DNA of 32,000 nucleotides from Propionibacterium ruminifibrarum (lineage in GTDB: Bacteria; Actinomycetota; Actinomycetes; Propionibacteriales; Propionibacteriaceae). This document shows, in pieces, positions 7,873 through 16,188 of this stretch. The translations under genes and the position numbers were made by a program. How positions within the stretch are numbered: position 1 is the first letter of the stretch; the number at the start of each line of letters is the position of its first letter. Below the pieces are notes generated by a model that saw nothing but the letters and a program-made list of their open reading frames with translations, was not told the DNA's origin and did no database searches. The stretch is from assembly GCF_900289195.1 (NCBI RefSeq), contig NZ_OMOH01000014.1, positions 17,488 to 49,487 on the forward strand. Direction: 5' to 3'.

Positions 7873-8952
7873 TCAGGAGATCCTCTCGGTGGTCGTCTTG
7901 TCGAAGACGTGCACCTTCGCGGGGTCGATGTGCAGGAGGACCCGCTCGCCACGGGACGGGGGAGTGCGGGTCGTGACCCGGGCGACGACCTGCTGGTCGT
8001 GGGGGACGCCGGTCAGCGAGCCGTACAGGTACGAGTCGGCGCCGGTCTCCTCGACCGCATTGACCGTCATCGTGAGCCCCTCGCCGGTGGGCGAGAGCTC
8101 GAAGTTCTCCGGCCTCACCCCCAGGACCACATCGGCGCCGGTGGCGCGCTCGGTGGTCTCCCGCGGAACGGGGAGCACAAGATCGCCGAGCTCGACGCCG
8201 CCGTCGACGACCCTGGCCGGGAGCAGATTCATCGCGGGCGAGCCGATGAAACCGGCCACGAAGAGGTTCTTCGGGCTGTCGTACAGGGCGAGCGGGCGGT
8301 CGACCTGCTGCAGCTTGCCGTCCTTCATGACCGCGACACGATCGCCCATCGTCATGGCCTCGACCTGATCGTGGGTGACGTAGACGGTGGTGACGCCCAG
8401 ACGGGTCTGCAGGGCGGCGATCTGGGTGCGGGTCTGCACGCGGAGCCTGGCGTCGAGATTGCTGAGCGGCTCGTCCATGAGGAAGACCTGCGGGTCGCGG
8501 ACGATCGCGCGGCCCATGGCGACGCGCTGGCGCTGGCCGCCTGACAGGTTCTTCGGCTTGCGGGTGAGCAGGTCCTCGAGTCCGAGCAGCTTGGCGGCCT
8601 CGAGCACCCGGCTCTCGCGCTCGTCCTTGGCCACGCCCTTCATCTTGAGCGCGAAACCCATGTTGTCCGCGACGGTCATGTGCGGGTAGAGCGCGTAGTT
8701 CTGGAAGACCATGGCGACGTCGCGGTCCTTCGGTGCCAGACCGGTGACGTCCTGGTCGCCGATCCACACCGAGCCGGAGTTGACCTCTTCCAGCCCGGCG
8801 AGCATGCGCAGCGATGTCGACTTCCCGCAGCCGGACGGGCCGACGAGCACCATGAACTCGCCGTCCCCGATCTCGAGGTTGAGCTTGTCGACCGCCGCAT
8901 GGTCGGCGCCGGGATAGATACGGGTAGCGTCCTTGTAACTGACAGTGGCCAT
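7873..8952 (-). CDS. msiK: Sugar ABC transporter ATP-binding protein (MalK/UgpC/MsiK family), orphan ATPase
   Basis: ATG 8952 (MATVSYKDATRIYPG). Walker A GPSGCGKST, signature LSGGQRQRV and Walker B VFLMDEPLSNLD are present, with a C-terminal MalK-type regulatory domain. No permease or binding-protein gene is adjacent. Confidence 0.85.
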   Translation of the reverse strand: MATVSYKDATRIYPGADHAAVDKLNLEIGDGEFMVLVGPSGCGKSTSLRMLAGLEEVNSGSVWIGDQDVTGLAPKDRDVAMVFQNYALYPHMTVADNMGFALKMKGVAKDERESRVLEAAKLLGLEDLLTRKPKNLSGGQRQRVAMGRAIVRDPQVFLMDEPLSNLDARLRVQTRTQIAALQTRLGVTTVYVTHDQVEAMTMGDRVAVMKDGKLQQVDRPLALYDSPKNLFVAGFIGSPAMNLLPARVVDGGVELGDLVLPVPRETTERATGADVVLGVRPENFELSPTGEGLTMTVNAVEETGADSYLYGSLTGVPHDQQVVARVTTRTPPSRGERVLLHIDPAKVHVFDKTTTERIS

Positions 8953-9007
8953 GAGCCACCACACCTTTCCACGGGCAGGAACGTGCCCGACGATCCGTAG
9001 TAGAGCA

Positions 9008-9028
9008 GGACGAAGGACGTCTTCGTCC
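9008..9028. promoter_or_regulatory. Palindrome in msiK upstream region (operator or 5'UTR hairpin)
   Basis: GGACGAAG-GACGT-CTTCGTCC, 8-bp perfect arms, about 56 nt upstream of the msiK ATG. It lies just downstream of a possible ATGACC-17 nt-GAGAAT promoter on the minus strand. Confidence 0.3.
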
Positions 9029-9187
9029 GCACCCGTATTCTCGCATACGGCGGGCGGCCGGTCATGAGAGCTGCGGCGCTCGGTCCCCCCACCCCTCACC
9101 CAGAGCTTTCTTGCCACATCCGTCGCTCTCGGGCATCATTGTCCCGTGGAATTTCCTCTGATGCGCACCTTCGCCGCTGGTTGTCGA

Positions 9188-9265
9188 ATGACCAGCGCCA
9201 TGTGTCACATCTGCTGACCCGGCTGTCGCGCCTGGTCGGGCCGACCGGCGCGTTGACACATGGCG
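9188..9265 (+). promoter_or_regulatory. Structured element in metN leader (long-range 12-bp helix, nested hairpin, 9-codon uORF)
   Basis: CGCCATGTGTCA (9196-9207) pairs with TGACACATGGCG (9254-9265). This encloses an 11-bp GC hairpin (9227-9252). The uORF ATG 9188..TGA 9217 (MTSAMCHIC) overlaps the left arm. Confidence 0.3.
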
Positions 9266-9393
9266 TCAAGGCCCAGAGGCATCCGCCCCTGCCGATCCCC
9301 TGCCCAAGGACGAGTGCGGCTGCGGGCCGTCCCACATCCCTTCTTCGACAATCCATCACGGCCGCAGTGTGGCCTCAACGGGAGGTAGTACAG

Positions 9394-10506
9394 GTGATCG
9401 AACTCACCGGCGTCAACGTGACCTTCCCCGGGCACAGTCCCGGGGAGCGGATCCACGCGGTACGCGACGTCGATCTGACCGTCAACGACGGTGACGTCTA
9501 CGGCATCGTCGGCTACTCAGGGGCAGGCAAGTCCACCCTCGTACGGACGATCAACCTGCTGCAGCGCCCCACGTCGGGTTCGGTCAGGGTCGACGGGCAG
9601 GAGATGACCATGCTCACGCCGACCCAGCTGCGCACCGCCCGCAAACGCATCGGCATGATCTTCCAGCACTTCAACCTGTTGGGATCGCGCACCCTGTTCG
9701 ACAACGTCGCCTACCCGCTCAGGGGCAACGGCCGGACGAAGAGCGAGATCCACGCCCGCGTCATGGACCTGCTCGACCTGGTCGGCATGGCCGACCGGGT
9801 CGGCGCCTACCCGAGTCAGCTGTCCGGCGGCCAGCGCCAGCGCGTGGCCATCGCCCGCGCCCTGGCGAACGATCCCACGGTGCTGCTCTGCGACGAGGCC
9901 ACCAGCGCCCTCGACCCGAAGACCACCAGCGGAATCCTCGACCTGCTCGGCCGGCTCAACGCCCGGACCGGGCTGACGATCGTCCTCATCACCCACGAGA
10001 TGGGCGTCATCAAGCAGATCTGCTCCGACGTGGCCGTCATGGAGGACGGCCGCATCATCGAGCGGGGCTCGGCCGTCGACGTCTTCACGAACCCGCAGCA
10101 GCCGCTCACCCGCGACTTCATCGACACCGCGAACCACGTCGACGCCGGCATCACGACGGTCATCACCCACCCCGACCTGATCCGGCTCGGCAACGGCGAC
10201 CGTCTCGTCTCCCTGCAGTTCGCCGGTGGCTCCACCGGCGACCCGATGGTCGCCACGCTGGCCCGCGACTACAACGTCAACGCGAACATCCTGTTCGCCA
10301 ACGTCGAGGTCATCGCGGGCACGCCGGTGGGGAATCTGCTGCTCAGCCTGTCGGGCGCCCAGCCCGACCTGGACGCGGCGGAGGCCTGGCTGGCCCGTTC
10401 CGGCGTGCGCGTCCACAACTACAGCGAGGCCGAGATCGAATCCATCCGGCGCCGCGCCACCGATGAACCCGGAACCCCCGGCGACGACCAGGAGGAACAG
10501 CGATGA
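9394..10506 (+). CDS. metN: Methionine ABC transporter ATP-binding protein
   Basis: GTG 9394 has GGAGG 8 nt upstream. Walker A GYSGAGKST, signature LSGGQRQRV and Walker B LLCDEATSALD are present, with a C-terminal NIL-like domain (NANILFANVEVIAGTPVGNLLLSL). The upstream 9064 extension is non-protein-like. Confidence 0.9.
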   Translation: MIELTGVNVTFPGHSPGERIHAVRDVDLTVNDGDVYGIVGYSGAGKSTLVRTINLLQRPTSGSVRVDGQEMTMLTPTQLRTARKRIGMIFQHFNLLGSRTLFDNVAYPLRGNGRTKSEIHARVMDLLDLVGMADRVGAYPSQLSGGQRQRVAIARALANDPTVLLCDEATSALDPKTTSGILDLLGRLNARTGLTIVLITHEMGVIKQICSDVAVMEDGRIIERGSAVDVFTNPQQPLTRDFIDTANHVDAGITTVITHPDLIRLGNGDRLVSLQFAGGSTGDPMVATLARDYNVNANILFANVEVIAGTPVGNLLLSLSGAQPDLDAAEAWLARSGVRVHNYSEAEIESIRRRATDEPGTPGDDQEEQR

Positions 10507-11195
10507 TCGACTGGCTCACCAACGCGGCGCACGTCCTCCTGCCGAACGTTTCGAGCAGACCCGGCGACCTGTGGGACGCCACCGTCGAGACCTGCTACAT
10601 GACGGCCGTCTCGGCGCTCATCGCCGGCGTGCTGGGCATCATCCTGGGCACGCTCCTGGTCGTCGTCGACCGGCGCGGCATCCTGCCGCACCCGGTGCTG
10701 TACTGGGTGCTCGACAAGCTCGTGAACCTGTTCCGCTCGATCCCGTTCGTCATCCTCATCGCCCTGGTCGGCCCGCTCACCCGCATCCTGACGGGCACGA
10801 CGATCGGCACCACGGCCGCCCTCGTCCCGCTCGTCATCGGCACGGTGCCGTTCTACGCCCGCCAGATCCAGAACGCGGTGCTCGAGGTCGACCCGGGCGT
10901 CATCGAGGCGGCCCAGGCGATGGGCTCCGGCCCGATGGAGATCATCTTCCGCGTCTACCTGCGCGAGGCCCGGCCCGGCATCATCCGCGTCTCGGCGCTG
11001 ACGATCATCAGCCTCATCGGACTCACGACGATGGCCGGCATCGTCGGCGGCGGCGGCCTGGGCGATCTGGCGATCTCCCGCGGCTACAACCGATTCCAGA
11101 CCGACGTCACCATCGTCTGCACGCTCGTCATCCTCGTCCTCGTCTACGTCTCCCAGGCGATCGCCGACTTCCTGGTCAAGCGCGTCACCCACTGA
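10503..11195 (+). CDS. metI: Methionine ABC transporter permease
   Basis: ATGA overlap with the metN stop. It is a multi-TM protein with an EAA-type loop (VIEAAQAMGSGPMEIIFRVYLREARPG). Confidence 0.9.
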   Translation: MIDWLTNAAHVLLPNVSSRPGDLWDATVETCYMTAVSALIAGVLGIILGTLLVVVDRRGILPHPVLYWVLDKLVNLFRSIPFVILIALVGPLTRILTGTTIGTTAALVPLVIGTVPFYARQIQNAVLEVDPGVIEAAQAMGSGPMEIIFRVYLREARPGIIRVSALTIISLIGLTTMAGIVGGGGLGDLAISRGYNRFQTDVTIVCTLVILVLVYVSQAIADFLVKRVTH

Positions 11196-11230
11196 ACACA
11201 CTCGACAACTTCTATCGTGAAGGAGAACTC

Positions 11231-12112
11231 ATGAAGCTCAAGCTCGCGGCCGCCGGGTTGGCCGCCGTCCTGTCCGTCGGCCTGGTCGGCTGCTCCGGCT
11301 CGTCCTCGGACTCCTCGTCCGGGGCGGACCAGGAGCGGGTCACCGTGAAGGTCGGTGTCGTCGGTGACAACAACGAACCGTGGGAGACCGCCGCCGAGGC
11401 GCTGGAGGAGAACGAGAACATCGAGATCGAGCTGGTGAAGTTCTCCGACTACGTGCAGCCGAACCAGGCGCTGAGTGACGGTTCGGTCGACCTGAACAGC
11501 TTCCAGACCCAGATCTACCTGGAGACCTACAACTCCGAGCACGGCACCGACCTCACCTCCATCGGCTACACCCTCATGGCCCCGCTCGGCATCTACTCCA
11601 ACGAGGTCGACTCGGTCGACGAGCTGCCCGACGGGGCCACCGTGTCCATCCCGGACGACGCCTCCAACGGGGGCCGGGCCCTCAAGCTGCTCGAGAAGGC
11701 GGGGCTCATCACCGTCGACCCCGCCGCGGGGTTGACCCCGACCACCGATGACATCACCGACAACCCGAAGAACCTGCAGATCACCGAGCTCGACGCCGCG
11801 CAGACCGCCCGCTCGCTGGAGGACGTGGACGCCGCGGTCATCAACTCCGGCATGGCCGTCGACGCGGGGCTGATCCCGAGCACCGATTCGATCTTCATCG
11901 AGGAGGTCGGTGAGGAGTCCACGCCGTACTACAACGTCATCGCGGCCCGCGCCGAGGACACCGACAACGAGACCTACAAGAAGGTCGTGGAGTACTACCA
12001 GAGTGACGCGGTCGCCCAGACCATCACCGAGTCCACCAAGGGCTCCCAGATCGCCGTCTGGGACGGTGCCCCGTCGGCCTCCCCGAGCGCCGCGCAGAGC
12101 ACAGCGGCCTGA
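11231..12112 (+). CDS. metQ: MetQ/NlpA-family methionine-binding lipoprotein, copy 1
   Basis: ATG 11231 is preceded by AAGGAG. It has a signal peptide with lipobox LVGC and NlpA-family blocks (FSDYVQPNQALSDGSVDLNSFQ, SNGGRALKLLEKAGLI). The long 10226 ORF extension is rejected. Confidence 0.9.
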   Translation: MKLKLAAAGLAAVLSVGLVGCSGSSSDSSSGADQERVTVKVGVVGDNNEPWETAAEALEENENIEIELVKFSDYVQPNQALSDGSVDLNSFQTQIYLETYNSEHGTDLTSIGYTLMAPLGIYSNEVDSVDELPDGATVSIPDDASNGGRALKLLEKAGLITVDPAAGLTPTTDDITDNPKNLQITELDAAQTARSLEDVDAAVINSGMAVDAGLIPSTDSIFIEEVGEESTPYYNVIAARAEDTDNETYKKVVEYYQSDAVAQTITESTKGSQIAVWDGAPSASPSAAQSTAA

Positions 12113-12226
12113 CACGACTCGTCCCGCACGTGACCGGCTCGTCGCCCAGCGGATCCGCGGCGGGCCCGTCACCCGGGACATCGCATCGCACGAAACCGAA
12201 CAGCACATCGCAGGGAAGGAACCGTC

Positions 12227-13093
12227 ATGAAGCTCAAGCTCGCGGCCGCAGGGTTGGCCGCCGTCCTGTCCGTCAGCCTGGTCGGCTGCTCCGGATCGTC
12301 CTCGGACAGTGAGGAGACCACCACCGTCAAGGTCGGTGTCTACGGTGACAACAACGAGCCGTGGGAGACCGCCGCGGCGAACCTGGAGGAGAACGAGAAC
12401 ATCGAGATCGAGCTGGTGAAGTTCTCCGACTACGTGCAGCCGAACCAGGCCCTGTCGGACGGTTCGGTCGACCTGAACAGCTTCCAGACCCAGATCTACC
12501 TGGAGACCTACAACTCCGAGCACGGCACCGACCTCACCTCCATCGGCTACACGATCATCGAGCCCATGGGCCTGTACTCGAACACCTACGACGACCTCGA
12601 CGCGCTGCCCGACGGGGCCACCGTGACCATCCCGAACGACGTCTCCAACGGGGGCCGGGCCCTCAAGCTGCTCGAGAAGGCCGGGCTCATCACCGTTGAT
12701 CCCGAGGCCGGCGTGACCGGCACGAAGGAGGACATCACCGACAACCCGAAGAACCTGCAGATCACCGAGCTCGACGCCGCGCAGACCGCCCGCTCCCTGA
12801 GCGACAGCGACCTGGCCGCCATCAACGCGGACATCGCGGTCGACGCCGGCCTGCTGCCCAGCGAGGACGCGCTGCTGCGCGAGGAGGTCGGTGAGGAGTC
12901 GGCGCCGTACTACAACGTCATCGCGGCCCGCGCCGAGGACACCGACAACGAGACCTACAAGAAGGTCGTGGAGTACTTCCAGACCGAGGAGGTGGCCCAG
13001 ACCATCGCCGACGCCTACAAGGGCTCGCAGTTCCCCGTGTGGGAGGGCGCCCCGTCCCTCAGCCCGAGCGCCGCGCAGAGCACGGCGGCCTGA
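12227..13093 (+). CDS. metQ: MetQ/NlpA-family methionine-binding lipoprotein, copy 2 (tandem paralog)
   Basis: ATG 12227 is preceded by GGGAAGGAA. The signal peptide and lipobox match copy 1. Long stretches are near-identical to copy 1 at the DNA level, interrupted by diverged segments. Confidence 0.9.
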   Translation: MKLKLAAAGLAAVLSVSLVGCSGSSSDSEETTTVKVGVYGDNNEPWETAAANLEENENIEIELVKFSDYVQPNQALSDGSVDLNSFQTQIYLETYNSEHGTDLTSIGYTIIEPMGLYSNTYDDLDALPDGATVTIPNDVSNGGRALKLLEKAGLITVDPEAGVTGTKEDITDNPKNLQITELDAAQTARSLSDSDLAAINADIAVDAGLLPSEDALLREEVGEESAPYYNVIAARAEDTDNETYKKVVEYFQTEEVAQTIADAYKGSQFPVWEGAPSLSPSAAQSTAA

Positions 13094-13173
13094 CCGGCGC
13101 GTTCACAACCATCCGGCGGCCCGGGCCGGCGGGAGCCCCGCAGGCCCGGGTCACCACAGCAACGGAAGACACC

Positions 13174-14364
13174 ATGAGTTTCACCCAGCAGGGCATCCAC
13201 GCCGAGATCGAGGCGCTCACCGGGCGCATCATCGCCGACCGGCGTCATCTTCACCAGCACGCCGAGACGAGCCTGAAGGAGTTCGGCACGGCGAAGTACA
13301 TCGCCGACCGTCTCGATGAGCTGGGCATCGGCCACGTCAAGGTCGGCGAGACCGGCGTGCTCGGCACCCTCGAGGGCGCCGGCCCGGGCAGGACGCTCAT
13401 GCTGCGCGCCGACATCGACGCCCTGCCGCTGCGCGACGGGTGCGGCGCCGAGTGGGCCAACACGACCAGCGAGGCCAACCACGCCTGCGGACACGACGGC
13501 CACGTCAGCGCCCTGCTGGCCGCCGCCGAGGTGCTCGCGGCGCACCGCGCCGACTTCAACGGCACCATCAAGTTCGCCTTCCAGCAGGCCGAGGAGATCG
13601 GAGCCGGCGGCCTCATCTTCGAGAAGCAGGGCGTCCTCGAAGGCCTCGACCAGGTCTTCGGCCTCCACCTGTCCTCCGAACTCCCGGTGGGCACGGTCAG
13701 CGCGACCGCCGGCCCCCAGTGGGCCAGCGTCGACCACTTCTCGATCGACGTGCACGGCAAGGGCGGCCACGTCTCCAGGCCGCACCTGTGCCGTGACGCG
13801 CTCGTCGCGGGCGCCTCGATCGTCGTCGAGGCCCAGCAGATCGTGTCCCGCGAACTCGACCCCTTCGCCGAGGCCGTCGTGGGCATCGGCACGTTCACCT
13901 CGGGCGAGAACTACAACATCATCGCCTCGTCGGCGCACATCGAGGGCACCGTGCGCGCCTTCGACGAGCAGGTGCGCGCCACCGTGCTGGCCTCGCTCGA
14001 ACGCATCGCCGACGCCACGGCCCGTGCCCACAACACGACCGCCGAGTTCACCCGCACCGTCTACGCCGACGTCCTCGACAACGACCCCGAGGCGGCGCGC
14101 TTCGCCGCCCGGGTGGCCCTCGAGGTGCCGGGCGTCGAGCAGGTCGTCACCAACAGCCCCAAGAGCGCAGGCGGCGACGACTTCGCGGTCTTCCTGCACC
14201 ATGCGCCAGGCGTCTACGCCCGGGTCGGTTCCGGCGGCACCCCCGCCACGAGCCACCCGCACCACACCTACGAGTTCGCGCTCGACGAGGCGGCCCTGCC
14301 GATCGCCGCAGAGCTGCACGCCGGCTACACGCTGCGCTGGCTGGCCGGCGGCTACGAGGGCTGA
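13174..14364 (+). CDS. M20D-family amidohydrolase (N-acyl-amino-acid / hippurate hydrolase type)
   Basis: ATG 13174 (MSFTQQGIHAEIEAL...). The metal-binding motif HACGHDGH is present, together with GTIKFAFQQAEE and M20 dimerisation-domain-like sequence. It is on the same strand as metQ copy 2, 80 nt downstream. Confidence 0.85.
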   Translation: MSFTQQGIHAEIEALTGRIIADRRHLHQHAETSLKEFGTAKYIADRLDELGIGHVKVGETGVLGTLEGAGPGRTLMLRADIDALPLRDGCGAEWANTTSEANHACGHDGHVSALLAAAEVLAAHRADFNGTIKFAFQQAEEIGAGGLIFEKQGVLEGLDQVFGLHLSSELPVGTVSATAGPQWASVDHFSIDVHGKGGHVSRPHLCRDALVAGASIVVEAQQIVSRELDPFAEAVVGIGTFTSGENYNIIASSAHIEGTVRAFDEQVRATVLASLERIADATARAHNTTAEFTRTVYADVLDNDPEAARFAARVALEVPGVEQVVTNSPKSAGGDDFAVFLHHAPGVYARVGSGGTPATSHPHHTYEFALDEAALPIAAELHAGYTLRWLAGGYEG

Positions 14365-14385
14365 CCCGCCCCGTACCGAACCGAT

Positions 14386-14427
14386 CGAGGCCCCGCACCC
14401 GACAATCCGACGGGTAGCGGGGCCTCG
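14386..14427. terminator. Bidirectional hairpin between convergent amidohydrolase and ABC genes
   Basis: CGAGGCCCCGC(A)CCCG ... CGGG(TA)GCGGGGCCTCG, giving 11+4 bp arms with a 1-nt bulge. It sits between the stops at 14364 (+) and 14449 (-). Confidence 0.6.
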
Positions 14428-14448
14428 CGCACCCCAGGGGCGAGACGC

Positions 14449-16188
14449 TCAGCGCACGCTCCAGCGGGCGGTCCGCCAGAAGTCCTGCACCAGCGCGGCG
14501 AACATGCCGTCACCTGCGGCGAGCTCGGCCGGGGAGCCCTGCTCGACGATGCGGGTCGGGCCGCCGTGCTCGCGCCCGGACAGGACGTAGACCTGGTCGG
14601 CGTTCATGATCGTCGACAGGCGGTGGGCGATGACGACGACCGTCCGCCCGGCCGCCAGCTCGGCCAGCGTCTGCGTGATGGCCGACTCGTTCTCGGCGTC
14701 CAGCGCCGAGGTGATCTCGTCCAGCAGCAGGATGGGGGAGTCCTTCAGGAAGGCGCGGGCGATCGAGACCCGCTGCCGCTCGCCCCCCGACAGCCGCAGC
14801 CCGCCCTCACCGACCCGGGTGTCGAGGCCGTCGGGCAGGGCGGCGACGACGGCGTCCAGCCCGGCCCTCGAGATGGCTGCGGCCAGCTCCGCCTCGCTCG
14901 CGTCCGGGCGGGACAGGCGCACGTTCTCGGCGATCGTCGTGTCGAACAGGTAGACGTCCTGGAAGACCATCGAGACCATGCCCATGAGCTCGGCGGAGTC
15001 GATGCGCCGCACGTCGACGCCGCCGACACTGATCGAGCCCGAGCCGACGTCCCAGAAGCGGGCGATGAGCTTGACGATCGTCGACTTGCCGCAGCCCGAC
15101 GGGCCCACCAGCGCGGTGATCCGGCCCTCGTCGGCGCGCAGTGACAGGTGCTCGAAGAGCGTGTCGTCGGCCTCGTAGCCGAAACCCACATCGTCCAGGA
15201 CGATGCCGGTGCCCGACGGGTGCCGGGGGTGCGCCGGCTCGGGCAGGGCCGGGGTCTGGACGATCTGTTCGATCGTGTCGAGGCTCACCATGTCCTGCTG
15301 CAGGGCGGCGGCGTAGAACACCGACTGCGAGATGGGCGTGGTGAATCGGGCCGCCATGACGCCGATGGCGACGAAGGCGGCGACGTCGAGCCCGCCGCCC
15401 AGCACGACGCCCAGGCCGGCGGCCAGTACTGCGGCGAAGAAGGCCTGGCCGAGCAGGCCGAAGGCGATGGCCGGGCGTCCCTGGGCCGTCATGATCGCGT
15501 CCAGCCCGCGGTTCTCGTCGTCGAGGGCCTTCGCGAGGGGCGGCCAGGCGGTGCCCGAGATGCCCTGGGCGCGCAGCACCGGCTGCAGGTGGGCGTGCTC
15601 GATGGTTGCCGAGGCGGTCCGTGCGGCGATGGCGGGCGCCTCCTGGTGCTCTGTCATGAGCAGCCGCGAGGCCCAGTTCCACAGCAGGACGACGACCGGC
15701 ACCACGAGGGCCATGATGAGGCCGAGACGCCACTCGTAGCAGAAGGTGACGACCATCACCGTGAGCGGGGTGACGATTCCCGAGATGAACTGCGGCAGCA
15801 CGACGGGGGCCAGGTGCGACAGGTTGTCGGTCTCTGTCGAGATGGCCGAGGAGACCCGCCCGACCGAACCCGAGTCGAACCAGCCCAGCGGCAGCCGCAC
15901 GACGCGCGAACCGATCCGTGCGACGGCGTTGCCGCAGACGTCGTAGGCGCTCACCCTGTTCGCACGGATCAGGGTGGCGGCTTGGACGACGAAGGAGGCC
16001 GCGCCGAACCCGATGAGTACCCACATCGGGCCCCACGCCCGGGAGGGGTCGGGTCCGAGGAAGGCGCGCAGGAAACCGATGAACGCGCTGAAGGCGATGC
16101 CCTGCAGGACGGCCGCGACGACGTAGCCGGCGATCAGCAGGTAGATCGTCGAGGGCCGGTCGAAGAAGGTGTTGAAGCGTCTAAGCAT
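14449..16188 (-). CDS. ABC transporter permease/ATP-binding protein (type-I exporter fold half-transporter), subunit 2
   Basis: N-terminal 6-TM domain plus C-terminal NBD with Walker A GPSGCGKST, signature LSGGERQRV, Walker B ILLLDEITSALD and H-loop VVIAHRL. Its ATG overlaps the upstream gene's stop by 8 nt. Confidence 0.85.
   Translation of the reverse strand: MLRRFNTFFDRPSTIYLLIAGYVVAAVLQGIAFSAFIGFLRAFLGPDPSRAWGPMWVLIGFGAASFVVQAATLIRANRVSAYDVCGNAVARIGSRVVRLPLGWFDSGSVGRVSSAISTETDNLSHLAPVVLPQFISGIVTPLTVMVVTFCYEWRLGLIMALVVPVVVLLWNWASRLLMTEHQEAPAIAARTASATIEHAHLQPVLRAQGISGTAWPPLAKALDDENRGLDAIMTAQGRPAIAFGLLGQAFFAAVLAAGLGVVLGGGLDVAAFVAIGVMAARFTTPISQSVFYAAALQQDMVSLDTIEQIVQTPALPEPAHPRHPSGTGIVLDDVGFGYEADDTLFEHLSLRADEGRITALVGPSGCGKSTIVKLIARFWDVGSGSISVGGVDVRRIDSAELMGMVSMVFQDVYLFDTTIAENVRLSRPDASEAELAAAISRAGLDAVVAALPDGLDTRVGEGGLRLSGGERQRVSIARAFLKDSPILLLDEITSALDAENESAITQTLAELAAGRTVVVIAHRLSTIMNADQVYVLSGREHGGPTRIVEQGSPAELAAGDGMFAALVQDFWRTARWSVR

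Noticed and set aside
9064-9393. N-terminal extension of metN to ATG 9064, and analogous extensions (3486 for lutC, 7952 for metB, 9117 for msiK, 10226 for metQ1, 13039 for the amidohydrolase, 18496 and 19398 for the ABC and S-component genes, 28960 for manA).
   Set aside because: The extended parts are non-protein-like or overlap upstream genes. Internal starts with good SD sequences coincide with the beginning of family homology.
9061-9393. SAM-I (S-box) or SAM-IV riboswitch upstream of metN.
   Set aside because: I could not find the conserved core strings (GAGGGA, GGCCC..AUGA, GCAACC, GGUGC.AA). Only a loose GCGUCAAGGCCC resemblance to SAM-IV is present. A covariance-model scan is needed to be sure.
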